Shown here piece after piece: positions 17,056 through 26,300 of a stretch of DNA of 64,000 bases. Positions within the stretch are counted from its first letter, which is position 1. Each line of letters begins with the position of its first letter. Position numbers and translations under genes: made by a program. The notes beneath the pieces were generated by a model. That model worked only from the letters and a program-made list of their open reading frames with translations. It was not told the DNA's origin and ran no database searches. Source of the stretch: a virus. The stretch lies in IMG/VR virus record IMGVR_UViG_3300044522_000126, positions 2,492 through 66,491 of that record, one strand, 5' to 3'.

Positions 17056-17497
17056 AAAAAAAGGACCAGTAGTTTCAAAGAAGGTGGTATACGACGGTAT
17101 CACCTTCGCTTCTGGTTTAGAAAAGTATATGTATAAAGCTTTAAAAGAAGCTGAGATAGACGTTGAGTATGAGAGTCAATCATTTGAATTACTACCTTCT
17201 TTTACATTTAAAAACGATTGTATTGAAAGACAATCTAATGGAAAAGGTGATTACGTAAACAGAGGTAATAAAAAAGTTTTAAATTTAAAATATACTCCAG
17301 ATTTTATCGGTTATGATTTTATTATAGAAACAAAAGGCAGAGCAAATGATTCTTTTCCTCTACGTTGGAAAATGTTTAAATGGTTAATGAGTTTAATGTG
17401 TGATAAAAGAACATTATATAAACCTCAGTCACAACGCGAGTGCGATATAACAATTGAATTAATCTTAAAAAACAGAAAAAATGACATTAGACAATAA
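17039..17497 (+). CDS. T7 endonuclease I-like Holliday junction resolvase
   Basis: FASGLE...YE...YTPDF...IETKGR. Confidence 0.85.
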   Translation: MKKITRKKGPVVSKKVVYDGITFASGLEKYMYKALKEAEIDVEYESQSFELLPSFTFKNDCIERQSNGKGDYVNRGNKKVLNLKYTPDFIGYDFIIETKGRANDSFPLRWKMFKWLMSLMCDKRTLYKPQSQRECDITIELILKNRKNDIRQ

Positions 17498-17633
17498 TGA
17501 AAAAGATTGGGAATTAGCAATTGGACTATACCCAGGAGTTTTGTTTGGAATTCGAACATACGAAGAACCAACATTTAATACACATGTATTATACTTGCCA
17601 TTTATAAACATACTTTTAACAATAGATAAATAA
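17481..17633 (+). CDS. Hypothetical protein
   Basis: Manual 50-aa ORF (GLYPGVLFGIRTY...HVLYLPF) ending 1 nt before the RNR start. Confidence 0.6.
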   Translation: MTLDNNEKDWELAIGLYPGVLFGIRTYEEPTFNTHVLYLPFINILLTIDK

Positions 17634-17634
17634 T

Positions 17635-19503
17635 ATGAGTTTAACAATAGACAAACAAATTTTAAGCGATATAACAGTATACACTAAATATGCAAAATAC
17701 CTACCAAGTAAAGAAAGAAGAGAGACATGGGAAGAATTAGTGACTAGGAATATGGAGATGCATATATCAAAGTTTCCAGAAATGAAAGAATCAATCGAAC
17801 AGATTTATGAAAATTTTGTATTTAATAAAAAGGTTCTACCGTCTATGCGTAGTTTACAATTCGGAGGTAAAGCTATTGAACTTAATAACGCTCGCATTTA
17901 TAACTGCGCTTTCTTACCTATTGATAGTATTCATAGTTTTTCCGAGACTATGTTTCTACTACTTGGCGGCACAGGCGTCGGTTACTCGGTACAAAATCAT
18001 CAAATTGAAAAACTACCTGAGATTAGGAAGCCAAATTACGATCGTAAGAAAAAGTATGTAGTTCAAGATTCTATTATTGGTTGGGCAGATGCAGTTAAAA
18101 CCTTATTTAAGTCTTATACTGGAGGATTAACTTCTCATATAGAGTTTGATCTTTCTGATATTAGACAAAAAGGAGCGTTATTAGTTACCGCTGGAGGTAA
18201 AGCACCAGGTCCAGAACCATTAAGAATTGCTTTAGTTAAGATAGAAGCTATTTTAAGAACCAAAGACGATAGATCAAAACTTACTGATATTGAGTGTCAT
18301 GATATTCAATGTCATATTGCTGATGCAGTATTAGCTGGTGGTATTAGAAGAGCAGCTATGATTAGTTTATTTGATCTTGATAGTACTGCAATGCTTAATT
18401 GTAAAGCAGGTAATTGGTGGGAAGACAATCCACAAAGAGGTAGATCAAACAATTCAGTAGTACTTTTAAGACATAAAATTGATAAGAAAACATTTGACAA
18501 AGTTTGGGAACGTATTGAAGCTTCTGGATCGGGCGAACCAGGAATTTACCTTACTAATGATAAAGATTGGGGTACTAATCCTTGTTGCGAAATTGCTCTA
18601 CGACCTTATCAATTTTGTAACTTAACAGAAATTAATATGTCTGACATTGAAAATCAAGATGATTTTAACGCTAGAGCATCCGCAGCATCATTTCTAGGTA
18701 CGTTACAGGCATCGTATTCTGATTTTCATTATCTACGTGATATTTGGAAAAAGAACACAGAGAAGGATGCGTTATTGGGTGTATCAATGACTGGTATCGC
18801 CTCTAAATCTAACTTAGAATTAAATTATGAAGAAGCTGCCAAACACGTTAAAGTTACAAATATTGAAACTGCTTATTTGCTTGGGATTAATACTGCTGCT
18901 AGGACCACTGCTGTTAAACCTGCAGGAACCACCAGCTTGGTGCTTGGCACTTCTAGTGGGATTCACGCTTGGCACAATGATTATTACATTCGTAGAATGC
19001 GATTAGGTAAGAATGAAGCGATATATTCTTATTTAGCAATTAATCATCCGGAGTTATTGGAAGACGAATATTTCAATCCAACAGCACAGTCAGTCATATC
19101 TGTTCCTCAGAAAGCTCCAAATGGCGCTATTACAAGACATGAGTCTACGTTAGATTTATTAGAAAGAGTTAAGTTAATATCTAAAGACTGGGTTAAAGTA
19201 GGTCACGATAAAGGTAATAATACTCATAATGTATCTTGTACTGTCTCTGTTAGAGATGATGAATGGAAAATTATTGGTGAATGGATGTGGGCAAATAAAG
19301 ATTATTATAATGGATTATCTGTTTTACCTTATCATGGTGGAACATACAAGCAAACCCCGTTTGAAGACTGTACTAAAGAAGTTTATGACGAAATGATGTC
19401 TACTTTGAAAGACGTTGATCTATCTAAGGTAATTGAAATACAAGATAATACTAACTTTGGTGAGTCAGTTGCCTGTGGACCAGGTGGTTGCGAAATAACA
19501 TAG
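17635..19503 (+). CDS. nrdJ: Class II (adenosylcobalamin-dependent) ribonucleotide reductase
   Basis: LPSMRSLQFGG, YNCA, GTGVG, GGIRRAA, TNPCCEI, CNLTE, TAVKPAGT, C-terminal CGPGGCEI; no beta subunit gene nearby. Confidence 0.9.
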   Translation: MSLTIDKQILSDITVYTKYAKYLPSKERRETWEELVTRNMEMHISKFPEMKESIEQIYENFVFNKKVLPSMRSLQFGGKAIELNNARIYNCAFLPIDSIHSFSETMFLLLGGTGVGYSVQNHQIEKLPEIRKPNYDRKKKYVVQDSIIGWADAVKTLFKSYTGGLTSHIEFDLSDIRQKGALLVTAGGKAPGPEPLRIALVKIEAILRTKDDRSKLTDIECHDIQCHIADAVLAGGIRRAAMISLFDLDSTAMLNCKAGNWWEDNPQRGRSNNSVVLLRHKIDKKTFDKVWERIEASGSGEPGIYLTNDKDWGTNPCCEIALRPYQFCNLTEINMSDIENQDDFNARASAASFLGTLQASYSDFHYLRDIWKKNTEKDALLGVSMTGIASKSNLELNYEEAAKHVKVTNIETAYLLGINTAARTTAVKPAGTTSLVLGTSSGIHAWHNDYYIRRMRLGKNEAIYSYLAINHPELLEDEYFNPTAQSVISVPQKAPNGAITRHESTLDLLERVKLISKDWVKVGHDKGNNTHNVSCTVSVRDDEWKIIGEWMWANKDYYNGLSVLPYHGGTYKQTPFEDCTKEVYDEMMSTLKDVDLSKVIEIQDNTNFGESVACGPGGCEIT

Positions 19504-19504
19504 T

Positions 19505-20068
19505 ATGATATATATAGAAGACGATTTCTTAGATATTAATCTAATTAATTATTTAAACAATGACAAAACAGACTTCCAGGAAATAAAGACTCCTGGAAAG
19601 TCTTTTTGGGTTAAAAAACCTACTGAGAATTTTGTAGAATTAGTTTGTGAAAAGTTATCTAAAATAGAAAACTGTACCATACAACCGATATTAAGTTTTT
19701 TTAGAGAGGCAAAAGAAGGACAAGACAATGATTGGAGAATACATAATGATTCTATTATAGAAGGTCAACAACCAGACAGAGCAATAGTATTATATGTTTC
19801 AGAAAACAATTATTGTGACTTAAATGGAACCGCTTTTTGGGAACATTGGAAACATGGAGAAAAACTTGAAAATATTACACAGAAAGAATTTGACAGACTA
19901 TTAATAAAAGACTCTAATGATAGAGATAAGTGGTTATTAAAGTCTGTAATAGGTCATAAACAAAATAGATTGTTATCTTATCCATGTAATTATTTTCATA
20001 GTAAATATCCTAATGAATTTTTGAATAGTAGAAAAGTATTTGTAATGTTTTATAAAACGATAAAATGA
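19505..20068 (+). CDS. 2OG-Fe(II) oxygenase superfamily protein
   Basis: IHND (HxD), AIVLYVS, GTAFW, NRL..Y...FHS, distal R. Confidence 0.75.
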   Translation: MIYIEDDFLDINLINYLNNDKTDFQEIKTPGKSFWVKKPTENFVELVCEKLSKIENCTIQPILSFFREAKEGQDNDWRIHNDSIIEGQQPDRAIVLYVSENNYCDLNGTAFWEHWKHGEKLENITQKEFDRLLIKDSNDRDKWLLKSVIGHKQNRLLSYPCNYFHSKYPNEFLNSRKVFVMFYKTIK

Positions 20069-20271
20069 AAGAACAAAGTTTAATTGAAATGAAAAACAAA
20101 GTTGAAGCCTTAGTTAGAGTTGTACAACAAGTAATGCATGAACAACAACATCTAACAGTACTAGCTGCTGGTACATTAGAGACCTTAAAACTAATGCCAG
20201 GTTATGACGACGCTATTAAAGCGATGACTGAAAAAGCTAAAGAAGAAGTTGAAAAAAAATTAGAAGAATAG
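20065..20271 (+). CDS. Hypothetical coiled-coil protein
   Basis: 68-aa ORF, last + strand gene. Confidence 0.7.
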   Translation: MKEQSLIEMKNKVEALVRVVQQVMHEQQHLTVLAAGTLETLKLMPGYDDAIKAMTEKAKEEVEKKLEE

Positions 20272-20289
20272 TTATTATTATTGTTAATA

Positions 20290-20330
20290 GAAAAAAGGGG
20301 ATCACAATTAAGTGTATCCCCTTTCTCTTT
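20290..20330. terminator. Bidirectional terminator at convergence of the two gene arms
   Basis: aaaaaaggggat-cac..gtg-tatcccctttctcttt. Confidence 0.8.
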
Positions 20331-20368
20331 ATAGGAACGTTGAGTATGGTGCTCATTGTGTTTGTTCC

Positions 20369-23300
20369 TTATTTTAATTCTGGCATAACCAATCCTCCGC
20401 CACCTTTTAACTCAGGTATTTTTAAAGTTCCTTGTTGATTCATTTGAACAGGTGCTGATTGACCTTCTCCTAAATTCCATTCAGTATAACCCATTACGAA
20501 AGCTACTCTTTGCCAAGTTTGGTATTCGTCATCTAAAGCGTTTTTAATATTCTGCATTTTTTGATACATTCTATCGGCAGGTAAATTAAAAGTAAGAGAT
20601 GTTAAAGATGTCAAAGCTTCTATCGCATACGTATTTGACAAACTAAATCCTTCATATTCTATTTCAGCAGCGTTATATTCTACTGCTTTATAAGCCTTAA
20701 TAAAACTTCTTAGTTTTATACCTATAGAAGGCGAAATGTTTGCTAATTCTGCCGCGACATCTCCATAACCTTTAGGATCACCGCTTTTTTCGTACCATTT
20801 TACTAAAGCATTTTTAACGGTGGTTAACATTACACCTGTCAAACCAGTACCTCTTATTAAAGTATCCATAGCTCCGTTTAGCATTCTCCATTTAGCTTGA
20901 TCGTATTTACCTTCTTTTTGTTCTTCATCATCGTCAAAAAGTAAGGCGAATAAAGCATTTTGTAAAAAGTTAAACATTAAGTTCTGAATTGTAGAATAAT
21001 ATACTATTTTAGCTACATTATTTGGAACACTTCCTCTTCCTTTCGCTATATCAATAAAAGATTTTTTTATTATCCTAGAATACTGAAATGGTGTATTCAT
21101 AAACGATAGAAGCAACCTCCCTTTTGTACTAGCTTGATTAGCTGATATTTTAGAAACGTCGGCAGATTGTTGTGATATTTCTGATGTTTCATAGAAATCA
21201 CGCATTGTAATCTTTTCAGCCTCATCTTGTGAATAACCTTGTTTTAAATAAGTGTTAATTCTATTTCTGTAAAAACCTGCACCACCAAACGCTATCGCAA
21301 AACTATCCATAACTCTTGTAGGAGTAAATCCTTGTTTTAAGAACCAGTAATTAGCAGCTTTGAACTTATCCATTAGTGTATTGTTTCTAGGATCATTCAT
21401 TAACTGAGCAAACTCTGCTTCTGCAACATCATTCATTAAACCAGATCTCCTGTCTTTAAGATAATTAGAATTCCATATTGTTAAGAAATCTTTAGTGTAT
21501 TGTTTTATATTAAGTAACGCTAACCCAGCTTTTACAACGTTGTTATCTCCAGTATTTATATAGTTGATACCACCGATGACTTGTAACAAAGCAGATCTAG
21601 TATTCCAGAACATCGTAACAGCGGTTGATCCATTTATCCAATTTAAAAGACCATCAGAAGCGCCTTCAGCTCTGTTACTACCAGTTTTCATTCTGTATAA
21701 CATGTTTTCTAGAGCTTTAGAATATTTTCTACCATATAAAGCTTCTATCTTGCTCATGTTTTGTTTAGAGAAGATTTTATCAACATTAGTTTGCCAAACG
21801 CCTAAATACTTAGTTCTGTTTGACTTCGATATAACATTGTTAATATCTCCAACTACACTACCAAATCCCCAGTTATGATCTGGTTCAGTATAACCATTAG
21901 GTTGTTTAGATAATAAAGAAACGTCTTGAGCAAAATCTCTTAATCGTTTATCTTTTCTAACTAACTCTTTTAAATGCCATAGATCTTTTTTATCTAATCC
22001 AGGCACTTCGTAACCAGCACTATTCCAAAGATAAACCCTAACAGCTTGATCTACTAAGTAACCACCGTAACCAGAATCTTGCTTAAGTTCTTTACTTATA
22101 CCTTTATACTTTTTATTTATTAAGTCTTTCCAGTCTTTGTACATAGTCTGTCTAGACTTCATAACGTTTAACATGGCTTCACTATAAGGTTTTAGTAAAT
22201 TATCAACTAAGAAATCCATTTGGTCTTGACCTTGTTGACCTTTACCAGAACCTAAAGTGTATAGCAAACCTAAGAAATCCTCATCTTCAGGTGGCAAATA
22301 TATGTCGTACTTACCTATGTTCTTACCTAAGTTCTTAGCAGTCTCAGGAGAGAAAGTTTCTGAAGCTTCTACACCTTTATTTTGCTCTATGATTTCGTTC
22401 ATTCCTTGCTCAAGGTTATTATTTAACCTCATTCTTTCTTGAACTTTATCTGACTTAAAGTCTAATGCATCTAAAACTTGTTTTGTCAAAGGTCCTTCTG
22501 CATTCTTTTTAACTCTAAATTCAAAATCATTATATCCTTCTGCTACTTTTTGAATTATAAAATAAGCAGTTGATTTGTCTGACATTTTAGATCTACTAGG
22601 TACTTTAAAGGTTATTTTACCGCCTTGAACTTCTTGTAATTGTCTTTTTAATTCTTTTTTCTTTACTTTATCAGTTTCTTTTTCTATTTTTTGATTTAAC
22701 TTTTCAGTCTCTTCTGTTTCAGCATAAGTTGCTGTTTTTGCTCTTTCAATAGCGTTGTCAATGTCTCTAGCAACTAACCATTGTTTACTAAATGGAAGTC
22801 CTTCTAAGAAGTTTGATAGTTTACCGTTTTCTTCTTCAGCTAAACTAAACTTTATTATGTCTGGTTTGTTACTAATTTTTTTTGTTATAGAAGTTTTAGG
22901 CATGTTTCCAAACACAATAACGGGTGTTCCTTCTATTACACCGTCTTTATCATATATATCTTCTTGACCAATATCCCAACTTAGATTTCCTTTTATAGTG
23001 GCCCAATCAATCCAATCATTTAGTATTTCGTTGGCTTGGCTTGTTTTTATTATATCTCTTAAATCTGCTCTAAAAATTCCATTATTATTGTTTTTTATTT
23101 CTTCTACAGCTTTTGGATATTTTTTCTTTATTATTTCGTGAAAATTACCAACGTCGTTAATGTCTGGTATTATTATCGCGTTAGACAAATCTTTAACTTT
23201 AGTTTCGTACATAACACCATCACCCCAGTCACCCACGGTATCATCATCAACATAAAACCACAACGCTTTCATATCGTCGTCTCTAAAAGTTCTATCTAAT

Positions 23301-26300
23301 GATTCTGACCCAGAATGATATAAAGTATGGTTTTTTAGTTTGTCTTGAAACTCTATATATTTTTTAGAGCTAGTTAAACCTTTAAATTTTTCTTTAAACT
23401 CTTTATTTTCTTTAGTTTCTGCTAAACTAAACTTAACAATATCACTTTTACCTTTAGACATGTCTTTTAGAACCTCTGCTCTTAACACATCGTCTTTTAA
23501 ACTATTATACAAGTTTACATTTCTATCTGCTACCCTGTCCAAGAAGTCTGGTTGTCTAAGAAGTCTTCTAGCTTCTTGCAAAACCATAACATCTCCAAAC
23601 AATTCCATTAAAGCGGTTCTTCTATCAAAATAAGCTGTTGGAACTAATCCTTTACCAGTTTTTTCATTAAGTTCTGGTTCTTCTAGTTTAGCAATTTGTT
23701 TACTAGCATTATCACCTCCATATATCTTAAGAATACGAGTTGCTTCTTCTACACCATAATATGATTGCAAGAATTTAGTTCTAGTTATATCACCTATTTT
23801 TCTTAAGTTTCCTTTTTCGTCAAATTCTTTTAATCTAGGTGGTAGTTTTTTAGAAGCATAACTTGATTCGTTAGTAACTGGATCTACCGGGTGATTTATT
23901 ACGTCGTAAAGTAATTGCCATTCGCGATACATTAACGATTCTATTTCTGGACCATTTTTAAAAGTCATTCTCCTTGCCATTGTTTTTGACATGGTAGAAA
24001 GTCTTTCTTTAAAATTTCTATATTCTAGAGTTTCAATGTTTGGAGATCTTAATATTTCACGAGCAACCTCATCAGTAATGATTTTAGCAGGTGTATCTTG
24101 AATAGAAAGAGCTTCAAATGTATTTACTGTCATTCCTGTAGAAAGATCATAAGATTTGAAAGATTTTAAACTTTTAAGTTCTTCTTTTTCTTCGTATGTT
24201 AAGTCTTTTTTATTCTGTAATTCTAATCCTCTTTCTAGATCTTTTAATTGTCTTTTTAATTCTACTATTTTAGCTGGATCAGTTTCTGTTCTTAGTTTTT
24301 TATTAGCAGCAATAGACATGTCTGATACTTCTGTAACAAAGTTACTACCAAATGGTACAGTTTCAATATCTATAGGTTTACCTTGTTCGTCTACGAAATT
24401 AAACACTGGATCACTAAGTAATACAGCTAGTCTACTTTGCTCCTCTTCAAAGTCTTGTTCTGCTTCATACACAGAATCACCTTCGTCAGCTAAATAACTA
24501 GAATCACCACCAAAACCATCTACAATAGTAGATTCTTTAAACATTTCTCCTTCGATGTCTTCCGTAAACTTTTGTGTTGTAACGTTTCCAGTTTTAAGAG
24601 CATCTTTCATCTTATTGCTAAGTTGAGAATTTATCCAAGCATTAAGGTCGTCGTTTTCTTTTACAATACCTTTTTTACCTTGGTAACCTTTTTCGTCTTG
24701 CGCTTGTACTTTGTCTTTGAATTCTTTACTATTAGGATCTAATCCTTTTGATTCTAACTCTTGTTTGTATTCTTCTCTTTTAGCAAGAAACTCTTTGTTA
24801 AAGTTTCTAACATGAGGTATCATAGCTATTTGTGTTTCACTTATGAAATCATACTCACTAAAATCAGGTAGATTAAAATAACCTAAACCTTTTGCTTTTC
24901 CTTTTATTATATATTCATATTCAGTAAGAATATCGTACAACGTAGTTTTTCTATCGCTGTTTATATCTTTACTCCAAGTATCTTTATTATAGGTTTTATT
25001 TATATCTTTCTTAATATCTTCTGAAGATTTTCTATCACCTAAAGAGAATTTAGGTCCTGATGTTGCTGCTTGTGACCGCACTACATTTCCACCGATTTCT
25101 TTTGACAATGCTTCTTTGTTTATATTAGCGCCTTTTGTACCCATTTTAGTAAAGGCTTTACCCCATTTACCTGATTTAGCACTTGCATTGTAATCTTTTA
25201 TAAAATTATAAACATCTTTACCAGAGTCAAACTTTATATCTCTAATGCCTAAATATTGCAAAACACGTCTAATAGTATCGCCAAGTTTTGTAAACGTACC
25301 TTCATTATAAGTAATATATCCAAGACGTAAAGCATCAGAATATAAAGTCATCACTTCCTCCCATCTATTACCTTCAGACTTAGCAACATCAGCATCATGT
25401 GCTTCTTGAGTTTTCTCTCCTGCTTCAAGTTCTTTTAAACTTTCTACTTTTTGTTGTCTAGATCTATCAGCATAAAGATTTAATCTTTCAATAAATTTGT
25501 CTGGAGTTACTCTTTCATCAGATCCTTTTTCTCTAAGAGCTTTATCAAGTTTTATCAATTCGCCACCTAAAGAAGCTCCTAATAACATTTGAGCTTGTGG
25601 ACTATTCTTTATAGTTTTTTGAAGTAAACCATGTAGGAATTCGTGTTGTTGTATACCTGAATCACCAAGTTTAAATGCTACTTCTTCATTTTGTAATATA
25701 ACTTGAAAACCTTCTGGTATTAAATCTGGATCTTTAGAATATTTCTTTAAAACATCTGAAGTAAGAGCAAATCCACCTTCTTGAGACCAATCATCCGCAA
25801 CGTCTTCTGGAACGTTTAATTCATTAACAAGATATGTTTTTAAGTCTTCAGAAGTAGAAAAGTTTTTCATTTCGATGTCTTTTACAACACCTTTTTTAAT
25901 AGCTGCTTCTATACTTTTATTTTCCAAATCCATTTGGTCTTTAAAATATATTTTAGCAATGTTTTCTCTTATACCGTCTATTTTTTCATCTATTTGTGGA
26001 TGAAAAGCTTTATCTGTAGTTTCTTTCTCGTCTTGAAGTTTTGTAACTTTGTCTAACTCCCTCATTATAGGCATCGCACCGTCAGCAGATACATTTTTAG
26101 GTACTTTATTTACATTGTTAGCATAAATATCTACATCTTTCTTTAAGTTATCTGCTTGTTCTGCTGTAAACACTTCTTTAGTTACTAAACCATCTATGAT
26201 CTTAGTAAACTCTTTTTTATTTTTAGCTAAAGTACTAAGAGAAGTAAGGTTGTCTGTCGCTTGGTCTCCAGCATGGAAGTTAGGTAGTTTTGCTTTTGAT

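Noticed and set aside
555-18500. Minus-strand or nested ORFs in the early arm (555, 1004, 3476, 3689, 4558, 8027, 11075, 12848, 12918, 13745, 13773, 17465, 17807, 18312)
   Set aside because: They overlap better-supported + strand genes in other frames or on the opposite strand
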